64,000 nucleotides of DNA from Bdellovibrionota bacterium (lineage in GTDB: Bacteria; Bdellovibrionota_C; UBA2361; JAAYZI01). Below, piece by piece: positions 1-10,995 of this stretch. The translations under genes were made by a program, and so were the position numbers. The stretch lies in assembly GCA_050950765.1 (NCBI GenBank), contig JBMNIF010000003.1, positions 32,001-96,000 on the forward strand. Reading direction: 5' to 3'. How positions within the stretch are numbered: position 1 is the stretch's first letter; each line of letters begins with the position of its first letter. The notes below the pieces were generated by a model that saw only the letters and a list, made by a program, of their open reading frames with translations, did not search any database and was not told the DNA's origin.

Positions 1-513
1 TTTTGATTAATGTTTTTTAAAATACCTTTATTTACAGGCAACCACCGCACGGAGATGTGACGCATCACAGAATCTAGACGCTTATTAGGCGAACGACACG
101 CTATGCTTTTAATTTTTCTATCACTTTCAGGTGGTTGGTATAGAAAAGTTGTCACAAAAAATCTCCCTGAAGCTATTTCTCATAAAAAATGAGAAAAAAT
201 ACCCACTTAGTATCTTTCGATACGATCTCTCTCTTTTCTTTCTCCTGATCTTTACAGGAAAGAGAGGGTAAGTTACTTATTCACCACAATATGTTATTTC
301 TATCGACTCTTTTCTGAAATTACATAACGGTTTCAGTGATTGCTTCGAAAAGAAGTGGCACAACTGGCAGGATTCACATATTATCTTTGCTATTAGATTG
401 TAAATGTACTGTAAAATCAGCTTGTTAGCAGTGTTAGTAGAGGAGCTTACTCAATTAATATCGTTAGACGGGACTGAAATTAGAGGAAGGTACTGGATTT
501 TAAAAGGTAAAAA

Positions 514-1746
514 ATGACAGAAAAAGAATTAACGTTTCCCAAAAATAAAATTAATATCTTATTACTAGAGAATGTACATCAAGCAGCAGCCGACCGCCTT
601 AAAGAAGCTGGCTACAATGTAGAGCAATCAAGTAGCTCCTTGACTGAAGATGAATTGATGGAAAAGATTCAGGACGTTCATGTCTTAGGAATCCGTTCAA
701 AAACTAAAGTTAATGCCAACCACTTTAGCGTTGCTAAAAAATTATTAAGTGTCGGATGTTTCGGTATCGGAACGAATCAAGTTGATCTTAATGCGGCTGC
801 GATACATGCCGTGCCTGTTTTTAACGCTCCATACGGTAGCACTCGCAGCGTTGCCGAGCTTGCTATTGCACACGCCCTATGTTTGGCGCGTAGGATCGGA
901 GATGCTAATCAAAATCTGCATAATAGTTTCTGGGATAAATCTGCTAAGGGATCTCATGAAGTGCGTGGTAAAACGTTCGGCATTATCGGTTATGGACATA
1001 TCGGTCAACAGGTCGGGCTTTTAGCTGAATCAATGGGGATGAAAGTTATCTTTTATGATCAGACTAAAAGGCTTGCCTTAGGAAATGCTGAAGTTAAAGA
1101 GACGATGGCAGATCTGTTAAAGGAAGCCGATTATGTTTCTTTACACGTTCCAGCACAACCTAATAATGCAGCCTTGATCGGTGCTAAGGAGTTGGCGTTA
1201 ATGAAGGATAGCGCCGTTCTGATTAATCTTGGGCGTGGAACATTGGTCGACTTTGCCGCTTTAAAGAACGCTATTCAAAATAAGGCGTTGGCAGGAGCTG
1301 GAATTGATGTTTATCCAAGTGAGCCTAAAGGTAATAAGGAAGAGTTTAAGTGTGAATTAGCAGGGGTTGAGAACGTTATGTTAACACCGCACCTCGGCGG
1401 TAGCACGGAAGAGGCGCAATATAGCATCGGAATTGAAGTGGCAACCTCCTTTATTAAGTTTATTGATAGTGGGTGTACGGTGGGAGCAGTTAATTTCCCG
1501 CAGGTTGACCTTCCGTTTTGTCCGAATTCACACCGCATTTTAAATATACATAAGAACGTTCCAGGTGTGTTAACTGAAGTGAATAAGATTATCTCTGACT
1601 TAGGAGCTAATATAAACTCTCAGTACTTGGGGACTTATAAAGATATCGGATATCTAGTGATGGATATAGCAGAAGGTCTCTCGGGAGAGGTTAAAGACCA
1701 TATCGCTGCGCTTCCAAACAATATCAAAACCAGAATGTTGTATTAG
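514..1746 (+). CDS. serA: D-3-phosphoglycerate dehydrogenase with C-terminal ACT domain
   Basis: GIRSKT, GTNQVDL, NAD-binding GIIGYGHIG, TPHLGGSTEEAQ, ACT motif HKNVPGVL; directly upstream of serC. Confidence 0.95.
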   Translation: MTEKELTFPKNKINILLLENVHQAAADRLKEAGYNVEQSSSSLTEDELMEKIQDVHVLGIRSKTKVNANHFSVAKKLLSVGCFGIGTNQVDLNAAAIHAVPVFNAPYGSTRSVAELAIAHALCLARRIGDANQNLHNSFWDKSAKGSHEVRGKTFGIIGYGHIGQQVGLLAESMGMKVIFYDQTKRLALGNAEVKETMADLLKEADYVSLHVPAQPNNAALIGAKELALMKDSAVLINLGRGTLVDFAALKNAIQNKALAGAGIDVYPSEPKGNKEEFKCELAGVENVMLTPHLGGSTEEAQYSIGIEVATSFIKFIDSGCTVGAVNFPQVDLPFCPNSHRILNIHKNVPGVLTEVNKIISDLGANINSQYLGTYKDIGYLVMDIAEGLSGEVKDHIAALPNNIKTRMLY

Positions 1747-1784
1747 TTTATAGATTTTATAAAAAATAACAGAGGTGATTTAAG

Positions 1785-2876
1785 ATGAAAGATCGTGCCT
1801 ATAATTTTAATCCAGGACCAGCGGTACTACCGTTAGAAGCTTTAGATGAGGTTGTAAATAACGTCATAAACTATAAAGAATCTGGGATCGGACTCTTTGA
1901 GATGAGTCATAGAGGGAAAGACTTTGAGCAGGTTCTTGATGAGACAACGGCGTCTTTTAAAGAGTTGTTGGATCTTAGAGATGACTATGAGGTGTTGTAC
2001 ACTACGGGTGGCGCAACTAATCAATTCTCGATGGTGCCTATCAATCTATTACCATCAGATCAAACTGCTAACTATATTTTATCTGGAGTTTGGGCGAAGA
2101 AAGCAGCTGAGGAGGCGCGTAAGTTCGGTAAGGTGCACGTTGCTGCAACTTCTGCTGATGATAACTTCAAGACTATTCCGCAACAACTTAACCTTACAGA
2201 AGATGCCGCTTATTGCCACTTCACCAGTAATAACACGATTTACGGAACGCAGTATAAATCAGAGCCTGCGGTAGGGGATATCCCGTTAATCTGCGATGCT
2301 TCTTCTGATTTTTTGCATAAGCCGTTGGATATTAGAAAATATGCTTTGATTTATGCGGGAGCACAAAAGAATTTAGGTCCAGCGGGGGTCACGATCGTTA
2401 TTATTCGTAAAGATCTATTGGAGCGTGCACGGGTAACGGCACCTGAGACAACGCCCATTATGTTAAATTATCAAACGTATGCAGACTCTAAGTCGCTTTA
2501 TAATACGCCACCTGTTTTTGCTATTTATGTTGTCCACGAAGTTTTGAAGTGGATTAAGAATAGTGGTGGTTTGGAGAAGATCGCTGCGAATAATCAAGCT
2601 AAGGCAAAGCTTATTTATGATGTAATCGATAGTGGTTCTTTTTATAGTGGACACGCCGATCCTGCGTATCGTTCTGTTATGAACATTACTTTCAGACTTC
2701 CTACGGAAGATCTTGAGAAGAAGTTCGTACAGGAATCTAGCGCAGCCGGTCTGATCGGACTAAAAGGACACCGTAGTGTCGGTGGACTCCGTGCCAGTAT
2801 CTATAACGCATTCCCAACCTCAGGAGCCGAAACGTTAGCTAACTTTATGAAGGACTTTGAAGCTAAAAACGGGTAG
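1785..2876 (+). CDS. serC: Phosphoserine aminotransferase
   Basis: NFNPGPA, EMSHRG, PLP lysine motif AGAQKNLGPAG, YNTPP, GHRSVGGLRASIYNA. Confidence 0.96.
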   Translation: MKDRAYNFNPGPAVLPLEALDEVVNNVINYKESGIGLFEMSHRGKDFEQVLDETTASFKELLDLRDDYEVLYTTGGATNQFSMVPINLLPSDQTANYILSGVWAKKAAEEARKFGKVHVAATSADDNFKTIPQQLNLTEDAAYCHFTSNNTIYGTQYKSEPAVGDIPLICDASSDFLHKPLDIRKYALIYAGAQKNLGPAGVTIVIIRKDLLERARVTAPETTPIMLNYQTYADSKSLYNTPPVFAIYVVHEVLKWIKNSGGLEKIAANNQAKAKLIYDVIDSGSFYSGHADPAYRSVMNITFRLPTEDLEKKFVQESSAAGLIGLKGHRSVGGLRASIYNAFPTSGAETLANFMKDFEAKNG

Positions 2877-2929
2877 TAATCTTATTTAGAGGCGGTTTTT
2901 AGTAAGAGGGCAGTTCTAGGGCGCTTCTA

Positions 2930-2965
2930 ATTATTGCCCGATAAGTAAAGTTATCGGGCAATAAT
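2930..2965. terminator. Perfect 15-bp inverted repeat downstream of serC, probable terminator hairpin
   Basis: ATTATTGCCCGATAA-gtaaag-TTATCGGGCAATAAT; no clear U-tract. Confidence 0.6.
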
Positions 2966-3101
2966 CGCAAATTTGAGAGATACTCCTCTGGCTGGGGTAA
3001 TAAGTTTTATTTTGGGGGTATTTTGCGGTAAATATTAGGTATTATGCTTTTAATCTTGTGCTGCAAGATCTCTTTGTTAACACAATTAGGAGAAAGATCT
3101 T

Positions 3102-3914
3102 ATGAAAAAAATATTACTTCTCTTGCTGATGACTTTCGTAGCGTGCGGTGGTGGTAGCGATGACGGAGGAAATGAAGGCAATTCGTGTGGTGTTCTTAAT
3201 TTAAAAAGTGTTACTACAAAGGTCTATAATGGAGAATCTTGCAGTAGCGCTGGTCCAGTTATGAAGCTTCTTATCACCTCCAGAAACCTTATTACGGGTG
3301 AAGTATCAACGTCTAACTGCTCAGGTGTGGCAGTATCTCTAACCACTATCTTAACTGCGGCACACTGCGTTGAACCATTTTTTAACAATACTACGCAGCC
3401 TTTAGAGCTTACCGTTGAATCTGATGCAGCCCTTTATTCGATTACAGGTGGCGGAATAAGCGATATTGCAGCGGTTCCCGAGTATTTCCGTACAAGACGA
3501 GCCTATGATTTCGGATTTATCCGCCTCTCAACTCCACTGCGAGGTGTAGCGCCTGTTCCAATTTTAGTTTCTGTTCCGCTTCAAGTTGGTGATATTGTTA
3601 CACAATTTGGCTATGGCGCAGATGAATACGGCTTTTTCGGTAATTTAAAGGCAGGAGAATCAACTATAACCGCTATTTCAAATGAATTGATAGAAACAAC
3701 TATAAATAGCTCCAATCAAGTTATCTGCGGTGGTGATTCTGGTGGACCTATTATTAAAGTATTTAACGGTGTCAGTTACCTTGTTGGAATTACATCTTTT
3801 GGTGGTAATGATCTTTCACAGTACTGCGGGAGTATAAACTATTTTGGAAATATGCAGAATCCGATTGCTGTGCAGATCTTACGAGGATACGCACCTGATG
3901 CGTCGTTTAGATAG
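3102..3914 (+). CDS. Trypsin-like (S1) serine protease lipoprotein
   Basis: Signal peptide with lipobox FVAC; catalytic motifs LTAAHC, YDFG, CGGDSGGP; RBS AGGAG. Confidence 0.9.
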   Translation: MKKILLLLLMTFVACGGGSDDGGNEGNSCGVLNLKSVTTKVYNGESCSSAGPVMKLLITSRNLITGEVSTSNCSGVAVSLTTILTAAHCVEPFFNNTTQPLELTVESDAALYSITGGGISDIAAVPEYFRTRRAYDFGFIRLSTPLRGVAPVPILVSVPLQVGDIVTQFGYGADEYGFFGNLKAGESTITAISNELIETTINSSNQVICGGDSGGPIIKVFNGVSYLVGITSFGGNDLSQYCGSINYFGNMQNPIAVQILRGYAPDASFR

Positions 3915-3980
3915 GGAAAAATAGAGCGCCATGTTAAAATAGCGTGGCGTTCTCCCTTCTATCCTCTAAATTCTTCAATC

Positions 3981-4250
3981 AATTTTTACCGATAAGATCA
4001 GGATATCTTCTAGGTGGGGTAATTTTTTACCGATAAGATCGGAGTGTCTTCATATAGAGGGTAAAAAATCTCACTTAACTCTTTTTTATCCCCAAATTAT
4101 TTTTATCAATAAGATCTGGATATCTTCTAGCTAGAGGGTAAAATTTCTTCTTTTAACTCTATTTTTATCTCCAAATTATTTTTGCCAATAAGATCAGAAT
4201 GCCTTCATAATATAAGGTAAAAAACCCTTCTTAAATCTTTTACCCTCAAA
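3981..4250. repeat. Degenerate tandem repeat (four ATAAGATC-cored copies; spacings 41, 76, 79 bp)
   Basis: ATAAGATC at 3992, 4033, 4109 and 4188, each preceded by a T-tract and followed by a CTTC...GGTAA block. Confidence 0.7.
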
Positions 4251-4442
4251 AATAATATATTTACTGATCTCATTTATAGTTGGATAGTTTGATGGCTAGG
4301 GGGCTTTTTTTGAATCAAAAAGTTCCGAATGTCTATTTTTCTAACAGTCGATTTTGTTTGCTGGGATATTATTAATAATTTAATAATCAGCAGATATTTT
4401 TTAGTTTTAATCTTTTAGGTTTTAATAATTAAGACACAGGTT

Positions 4443-5174
4443 ATGAAAGATAAAAGAAGATATATTGTTTTTTCTAAGGTGTTGCTCCTAAGTTTGATCG
4501 GATGTTCCGGTGTCTCTAATTTTACCGAGAGTTATGATCATAAGAACTTTATCTATCTCCTTTCAACACCCCGTAATCACCCTGTGACGCAGCCACGTTT
4601 TCGCATCCCGAACTTAGAAGAAGCTCTGAATGAGTCAAATCCTGTTGTAAGGAACAATGCTTTAATGGATTTAACTGCTCTGGCTAAAACAGACCCCAAA
4701 GCAGCAGAAGCTCTTTTTAGGACTTTAGAAAATAGGGATCCGTTAGTACGACGTACGGCAGCTTGTACTTTAGGTAAGATCGGTGCGTCCCCTACTCCCC
4801 TTCTGATTGAAGTTTTAGCAGAGGTGGCAGAACGTGGCACTTACGATCAACGAGTTTCGGCGCTTAATTCACTTTCAAATTATGGAGATAGATCCAAAGA
4901 AGCTGCTGCGGCTTATGCGCAATACGCCTCTGAAGTTCTCCGCCTTGATGATGGTGTAAGTTGGCGACGCCAACATTTAAAACACCGCCAAGTGCAACAC
5001 CCGAAACGTGTTTCTACCCAAGAAGAAGAGACACTTGAAGAGTACAATGCAAGGTTGGCGCAGCAGAAAAAAGAGGCGTCTGAAGTTTCTGCAAAAGTTC
5101 AAGCTGACATTATCAAGCGATATGGCAGCATTGAAAAATACGAAGCTGTCAGGTCTGCAAAACAACCTGACTAA
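4443..5174 (+). CDS. HEAT-repeat lipoprotein
   Basis: Lipobox SLIGC; HEAT-like repeats (NPVVRNNALMDL, DPLVRRTAACTLGKI, YDQRVSALNSL). Confidence 0.7.
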   Translation: MKDKRRYIVFSKVLLLSLIGCSGVSNFTESYDHKNFIYLLSTPRNHPVTQPRFRIPNLEEALNESNPVVRNNALMDLTALAKTDPKAAEALFRTLENRDPLVRRTAACTLGKIGASPTPLLIEVLAEVAERGTYDQRVSALNSLSNYGDRSKEAAAAYAQYASEVLRLDDGVSWRRQHLKHRQVQHPKRVSTQEEETLEEYNARLAQQKKEASEVSAKVQADIIKRYGSIEKYEAVRSAKQPD

Positions 5175-5269
5175 TTTTTTATATTACTTTTGACATACAC
5201 ATACAGTTTTTTATTCATTCAATATGATTGATCTCCTGTATCGTATATTTAAAAGGACTTGGAAATAAG

Positions 5270-6502
5270 ATGAATAAATATGCAAATTTTGAGAATTATC
5301 TAAAAGAGTATCCAACAAAAGATGGTAGGTTTGGTGAATACGGTGGTGTTTATTTACCACCAGAGTTAGTCACTCCTTTTGATGAGATAGATAAAGCTTA
5401 TAAGACGATCTGTCACAGTGCGCAGTTTATCAATGAGTTGCGCCGCATTAGGAAGGAGTTTCAAGGTCGCCCTACCCCTGTCTACCACTGCGAAAGGCTT
5501 TCAAGAAAACTCGGTAGTTGTCAGATCTACCTTAAGCGTGAGGACTTAAACCATACCGGTGCACATAAATTAAACCACTGTATGGGAGAAGGACTTTTAG
5601 CTAAATACATGGGGAAGAAAAAGTTGATCGCTGAAACAGGCGCAGGGCAACACGGTGTGGCTTTGGCTACGGCTGCAGCCTTTTTCGGATTAGAGTGTGA
5701 AATCCATATGGGAGAGGTTGATATCGCTAAACAGGCTCCTAACGTTGCTAGGATGAAAATTCTTGGAGCGGAGATCGTCCCTGTTTCTTTTGGTTTAAAA
5801 ACTCTTAAGGAGGCAGTTGATTCAGCTTTTGAATCTTATTTAAAACAGTACGAGACAGCTATCTATTGTATCGGCTCTGCAGTGGGACCACATCCGTTTC
5901 CTTTAATTGTTCGTGACTTTCAGATGGTTGTTGGCATTGAAGCTAGAGAGCAGTTCCTCGATATGACCGGTCTCTTTCCAGATGCGATAGCGGCTTGTGT
6001 TGGTGGTGGATCTAATTCCATAGGGATGTTTGTTCCCTTCTTAAGTGATCCTGTTGAGATATACGGGGTTGAGCCGTTAGGTAGAGGAAGTAATCCAGGA
6101 GACCATGCGGCATCTATGACTTACGGTAAAAAGGGTGTTTTACACGGCTTTGAGAGTTACCTTCTACAAGATGAGAAGGGAGATCCTCTGCCTGTACACT
6201 CAATCGCTAGCGGTCTTGATTACCCAGCGGTAGGACCTGAGCACGCCAACCTACACGATCTGAATAGGATTAACTACGTAGGTGTTACAGACTTGGAAGC
6301 TATTGAGGCATTCTTCCTTTTAAGCCGTTATGAAGGGATCATTCCAGCAGTTGAAAGCGCTCACGCTCTTGCTTATGCGCTTAAGGTTGCCAGAGAAGGT
6401 AAACACGATTCAATCCTAGTCAATCTTTCGGGGCGTGGAGATAAGGACATGGATTATGTTATTGAACATTACGGTTATGGTGAAGAGTATATACTTCCAT
6501 AA
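5270..6502 (+). CDS. trpB: Tryptophan synthase beta chain (no adjacent trpA); ATG at 5270 preferred over TTG at 5228
   Basis: [12 protein letters not shown] (PLP lysine), [34 protein letters not shown]. Confidence 0.93.
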   Translation: MNKYANFENYLKEYPTKDGRFGEYGGVYLPPELVTPFDEIDKAYKTICHSAQFINELRRIRKEFQGRPTPVYHCERLSRKLGSCQIYLKREDLNHTGAHKLNHCMGEGLLAKYMGKKKLIAETGAGQHGVALATAAAFFGLECEIHMGEVDIAKQAPNVARMKILGAEIVPVSFGLKTLKEAVDSAFESYLKQYETAIYCIGSAVGPHPFPLIVRDFQMVVGIEAREQFLDMTGLFPDAIAACVGGGSNSIGMFVPFLSDPVEIYGVEPLGRGSNPGDHAASMTYGKKGVLHGFESYLLQDEKGDPLPVHSIASGLDYPAVGPEHANLHDLNRINYVGVTDLEAIEAFFLLSRYEGIIPAVESAHALAYALKVAREGKHDSILVNLSGRGDKDMDYVIEHYGYGEEYILP

Positions 6503-6526
6503 GTTTAAGATTCTGAAGTGATTTTC

Positions 6527-6555
6527 TGCCCCTTTGTAATATTTATAAAGGGGCA
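6527..6555. terminator. Hairpin between convergent trpB and fliD
   Basis: TGCCCCTTT...AAAGGGGCA inverted repeat with T-rich flank. Confidence 0.6.
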
Positions 6556-6624
6556 TTTTAGCATAAATCATCAATGCTCTTACCTCTCTTCTGATTTTTT
6601 AAAAAAAGAAAAACTTTCTAAAGA

Positions 6625-8034
6625 TTAGTCCTTTATCTTTAAGAGTGATGTTAAAGAAGAGGAGGTCGATTGTAGTTCTGACATAGTTGCTTCAAGTCGT
6701 GCAAAACGTGCCCTCATATTTTCTTCTGTTTTAAGAATCAGCTCTTCAGCTCTAGCAATACGATCATTTAAGTCTGATATCTGGGTGTTGTTACTGTTAA
6801 TACTAACATCAATCATGCCGTTAAGACGTGTATAGGAGTAGATCGTTCCACCAGTTAACCCCATTGAGTCGCCTAATGAGATAGTAATTTCATTAACAGC
6901 GTTAGCATCTTGATCGAGAGCTGCCTCTAAAGTTTCACTTTTAAAAGCTAAGGTTCCATCACGTTCTGTGGTAATACCGAGATCAGCAAAAATTCTTACT
7001 GAATTTTCAGCAGTAGCTTTTGCGGTAGAGATATCAGATCGGAGTGCGCTTAGAAGGTTCTCGTCAGTGTTGGTTTTAGCTAAAGATCCGTAGATATTTC
7101 TCACTTCAGATCCGTTTTCTTCACGGGTAACTTCATCATTTTTTGAGATATACTCTACAATCTCATTATAAAGATCTACAAACTCTTTTAAGTTTGCAAC
7201 GGTTTGTTCCTTATCTGTATCAACGGTTACAGTAGCAGTTCCGATGCTACTTAAAGAAAATGTCAGCCCATCAATAACATCATTAATAGTATTAGATTTT
7301 CGTGTAACATCGACACCATTGATAGAGAAAACAGCGTCAGAACCGGCAACGGATACACACCCCGTATCCCAAACTCTACTTCCACCACCACCTGCTTTTA
7401 ATTCTTCTGGAATATTTACCGTAGCAATTCCATTTTCGGAGCCGGAAGAGTTTGAAACAACCATTACGACATAGTCGGGATTTGAATTTGTACCTCTATT
7501 GATTAAAGATGCCGTAGCGTGATCGCTTTTAGAATTAAACTCTGAAACAAAATCTGCCAATGTTGTAGAGGCAGTGACATCAATTGAAACGGTCTCCAGA
7601 GGTGTGGGTGATCCTATCGTAAAATCGACTGTTTGAGTGTCTGCTATAGTGTCATTGATCTTCGCTGTTGGGCTGGTATAGGGAGTATCTGAGATTAAAG
7701 TGTACGAACTGTTTTTAGCTAAGCTACTAACTTCGACGTTATAAGAACCTTTTTTACCATATTTATTGGCACTTGCGGCTACTACGGTTTCATCTGTTGA
7801 TGTTGCGGAACGGGCAACGGCACCACCATTTAATGTTGAAAATCCATCTACAACCGTCTTTAGATTATTCAACATCTCTTTCAATTCTTCTAAGGCAGAG
7901 TTTTCAGATTTCATCTCTGAAATCTTTTCTTCCTTAGGGGTTACTTTAGCAGCACGTGTGGCATCGCTTGTTGCATTAATTAAAGATTCGGTATCAATTC
8001 CGGAAACCATACCTGAAAATGTTACTGTTGCCAT
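6625..8034 (-). CDS. fliD: Flagellar filament cap protein FliD (copy 1)
   Basis: FSGMVSGIDT N-terminus, SNTINDVIDGLTF, LGITTERDGTL, C-terminal coiled coil RFARLE. Confidence 0.9.
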   Translation of the reverse strand: MATVTFSGMVSGIDTESLINATSDATRAAKVTPKEEKISEMKSENSALEELKEMLNNLKTVVDGFSTLNGGAVARSATSTDETVVAASANKYGKKGSYNVEVSSLAKNSSYTLISDTPYTSPTAKINDTIADTQTVDFTIGSPTPLETVSIDVTASTTLADFVSEFNSKSDHATASLINRGTNSNPDYVVMVVSNSSGSENGIATVNIPEELKAGGGGSRVWDTGCVSVAGSDAVFSINGVDVTRKSNTINDVIDGLTFSLSSIGTATVTVDTDKEQTVANLKEFVDLYNEIVEYISKNDEVTREENGSEVRNIYGSLAKTNTDENLLSALRSDISTAKATAENSVRIFADLGITTERDGTLAFKSETLEAALDQDANAVNEITISLGDSMGLTGGTIYSYTRLNGMIDVSINSNNTQISDLNDRIARAEELILKTEENMRARFARLEATMSELQSTSSSLTSLLKIKD

Positions 8035-8255
8035 AAGTACGTATCCTTCTTAGAAGATATTCATCGAGGGAGGTGTATAATTTTTGCCGAATGCGATAAA
8101 AATTTTTCTGATACAGAGCTCCTCAACCTTATCTGTGCAAGGATTAAGCCATGATTAACAACTGGAATTTATTATGATTTTTTATAGCAGGCTTATCGAA
8201 AGAGGCAGAAAATGCCCTCTTTTAGAAAGAATAGAATGCTATTTTAAAAAAACCC

Positions 8256-8282
8256 TTAAGTCTTAAATATTTTTGTCGATAT
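8256..8282 (+). promoter_or_regulatory. Putative sigma28 (FliA) promoter for fliD copy 2
   Basis: TTAAGTCT-N11-GTCGATAT compared with the consensus TAAAGTTT-N11-GCCGATAA; lies ~80 bp upstream of a flagellar late gene. Confidence 0.6.
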
Positions 8283-8364
8283 AAATTAGTAATGGATTGT
8301 GAAACCGTTCTCTTTTTAGGGACGGTGTGTGCCACGTCAGATAAGACGCGTAACAGGAGGTTGT

Positions 8365-9768
8365 ATGGCAACGATGACTTTTTCGGGGTTAGCATCAGGT
8401 ATAGATACAGCATCATTGATTGAAGCGACTATTGCACAGAAACGAGCAGTTCGCATTAAACCACTAGAAACGAAGATCTCCCAGTATCAAGAAACAAACT
8501 CTGCTTACACTGAACTAAAAAAACTCCTCCAAAACCTAAAAGATTCAGCAGACAAATTTAGAACGATTAAAGGAAGCGGCGTTGCTATGGAAGTTTATTC
8601 AAGCGACGAAACGGTTTTAACAGCTACGATAGGTGGAAGCGCCACAGCAGGTAATTACGAAATTATAGCGCAGCAATTAGCAAGAAATGGAAACTTTTCT
8701 TTTGCCTCTTCAGGGCGTACTTACACCTCTCTTGATGCTGCAATCAATCCTGATATTTCAAGCGGAGGTTCCGTAGCAGATAGGAGTGTTAATTTTACCA
8801 TAGGAAGTGGCGCCTCTGCTGAAAATATAAATATTGAGGTGACGGGTTCTACCACACTGGCACACTTTGTTTCAGAGTTTAATTCACAAAGTGAGTCTGC
8901 TACTGCTTCAATAATCAACAAAGGAACAACAAGTAATCCTAATTATGTTGTGATGGTCTCCTCTAAAAATGAAGGAATGGAGAAAGGTAGCATTACTGTT
9001 ACTGTCGGAGCTGCTATCTTGAACTCTGGAGAGGGAGCATTTAATGATAATACGGCTTCTGAAGCGCAGGATGCGGTATTTTCACTATCTGGTATCGGAG
9101 GCACTATCACTCGTCAATCAAATACTATTAACGATGTTATTGCAGGAGTGAGTTTTAAACTTCAACAGCAAGGATCTAGCACTATATCAATCGGCATTGA
9201 TAACGATACAACTACTGAATATCTTCAAGATCTGATCGATTCTTACAATGAGATTGTGGAGTATATCACGGAAAATGATCGCGTTTCTGAAGAAGATAAT
9301 AGTATCGTTTACGGGAGCCTTTCAAAAACTTCACTTGATGAGAATATTTTAAGTACATTAAGATCTGCTTTGAGTACACTTTCTGGTTCAGGCTCAATTC
9401 ATATCCTAGCTGATTTAGGAATCACCACTAAAAGAGATGGAACCTTAGCATTCGATAAAGATCTCTTCGTGGATGCAATAGAGAAAGATGGAAGTGGTGT
9501 GGCTACAATTTTACAAAATATGGGAGATACCTTAGCAAACACGGGTGGAATAATTGATCGTTTTACCTCTTTTAACGGATTATTGGATAGCGCAGTGAAC
9601 TCAAACTTATCATCAATTACTAGGTTTAATGAGCGTATCTCTGTCTTAGAAGGACAGCTTTCAAGAGAAGAACAATCTCTTACTAACCGTTTTGCACAAC
9701 TGGAAGCGCTACTAGGCAATTTGCAGCAACAACAAACCTCCCTAAGTGCGCTCTTGCCTATGAAATAA
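8365..9768 (+). CDS. fliD: Flagellar filament cap protein FliD (copy 2); start at ATG 8365 after AGGAGG
   Basis: FSGLASGIDT, SNTINDVIAGVSF, LGITTKRDGTL, RFAQLE; clearly paralogous to copy 1. Confidence 0.9.
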   Translation: MATMTFSGLASGIDTASLIEATIAQKRAVRIKPLETKISQYQETNSAYTELKKLLQNLKDSADKFRTIKGSGVAMEVYSSDETVLTATIGGSATAGNYEIIAQQLARNGNFSFASSGRTYTSLDAAINPDISSGGSVADRSVNFTIGSGASAENINIEVTGSTTLAHFVSEFNSQSESATASIINKGTTSNPNYVVMVSSKNEGMEKGSITVTVGAAILNSGEGAFNDNTASEAQDAVFSLSGIGGTITRQSNTINDVIAGVSFKLQQQGSSTISIGIDNDTTTEYLQDLIDSYNEIVEYITENDRVSEEDNSIVYGSLSKTSLDENILSTLRSALSTLSGSGSIHILADLGITTKRDGTLAFDKDLFVDAIEKDGSGVATILQNMGDTLANTGGIIDRFTSFNGLLDSAVNSNLSSITRFNERISVLEGQLSREEQSLTNRFAQLEALLGNLQQQQTSLSALLPMK

Positions 9769-9820
9769 TTTAAGCTTATTTAAGATCTTGTAGGGATCTT
9801 AACGGTAAAACTTTTTTATA

Positions 9821-10621
9821 TTACTGTAATGGCTTAAATGAGGTCAGCTTTGTTTTTACACTACCGATAAAGACTTCACTTCTAATCAGTAAGATATCTC
9901 TAGCCGTATCCGTAGTTAGGTAGATAGAAGCGTCTCTTAATTTATTTTTTTCGTTTTCAAACCCTAGCTTTTTCACACGAGGTTTAATTACCCATGTCTC
10001 ATAAAGTTTACCGTTATGTTTTATTTTTTCTTTCCCTGCTGCAGAGAGCGCTACTAGATAACGGTTTTGTCCTTCATAAGCGTCAAAATATTTAGTATCT
10101 CCCACACTCCAATCAAGGCTACGTGCGATAAAAGCGGCTGAAAACGGATCTAAGGTAAAGTTGTGTGGGTTAAATTTAAATTTTTCAATATTTCCGTTTT
10201 TGTTACGGATAACCGAGATCTCACCATCAGGGTGAAAACTAAGATCCATATTTCTGATCCGTGATTTCTCATTTTTATTAAAGAATGAATGTTTGGGTGT
10301 CATTTTTGATGCCGATAATACCGCTTCGGCGTGGTAACGTAATTTATAAAAGATATCGATAGCTTTTAAAGTTCTAACTCTGATTATTACCTTTAAGGTA
10401 TCACCCTTTTTTTTTACAACTGCGCTAGCTCTTGCTGCAGGGATCCCTTGCCATGAAACATCATAGGTATATCTGCCGAGTGCTGGGGCAAAGGCATCTG
10501 CTTTATATTCATAGTGTGGTGTTGATAACTCTATCTCTTCAGTTGGGATATCTTCTTCTGCCAAGACAGGAGAGTAAAATAAAAACATAAAGAGTAGTGT
10601 TACACCGTAATAAAATCTCAT
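9821..10621 (-). CDS. Exported protein, DUF3108-like
   Basis: Signal peptide; YDVSWQGIPA, DPFSA and beta-rich pattern typical of DUF3108. Confidence 0.65.
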   Translation of the reverse strand: MRFYYGVTLLFMFLFYSPVLAEEDIPTEEIELSTPHYEYKADAFAPALGRYTYDVSWQGIPAARASAVVKKKGDTLKVIIRVRTLKAIDIFYKLRYHAEAVLSASKMTPKHSFFNKNEKSRIRNMDLSFHPDGEISVIRNKNGNIEKFKFNPHNFTLDPFSAAFIARSLDWSVGDTKYFDAYEGQNRYLVALSAAGKEKIKHNGKLYETWVIKPRVKKLGFENEKNKLRDASIYLTTDTARDILLIRSEVFIGSVKTKLTSFKPLQ

Positions 10622-10724
10622 TATTATCTTATATCCATTATAAATTATCTAGATAAACTTAAAAAAACAGGTGATTTGACTTGACACTTTAATCATAAAA
10701 CCTTACATAATTTACCCACGTTGT

Positions 10725-10811
10725 GCCGAAGTGGCGGAATTGGTAGACGCGTCGGATTCAAAATCCGATAATGGCAACATTGTGTGGGTTCAAGTCCCTC
10801 CTTCGGTACCA
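10725..10811 (+). tRNA. tRNA-Leu (anticodon CAA)
   Basis: Acceptor stem GCCGAAG/CTTCGGT, D-loop GGAATTGGTAGAC, anticodon stem TCGGA/TCCGA around TTCAAAA, long variable arm, GTTCAAGTC, encoded CCA. Confidence 0.96.
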
Positions 10812-10995
10812 TAGCAGATTGTACAGTCTAGCTTTTTAACCCTGTTTCTACAATCCTCACCGTTAATAATTTCTTGTAATTGGCTGCGGTCATCTATTTC
10901 AAAGTAAGGCTTAAAGTAAGGTATTTCTCCCCTACCTCTGCACACCCTTATTTTTGATCATAAATTTTTTTGAACAATACCACCATAAGGATGCG

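Noticed and set aside
8035..8364. Invertible promoter switching between the two fliD genes
   Set aside because: No flanking inverted repeats or recombinase gene found.
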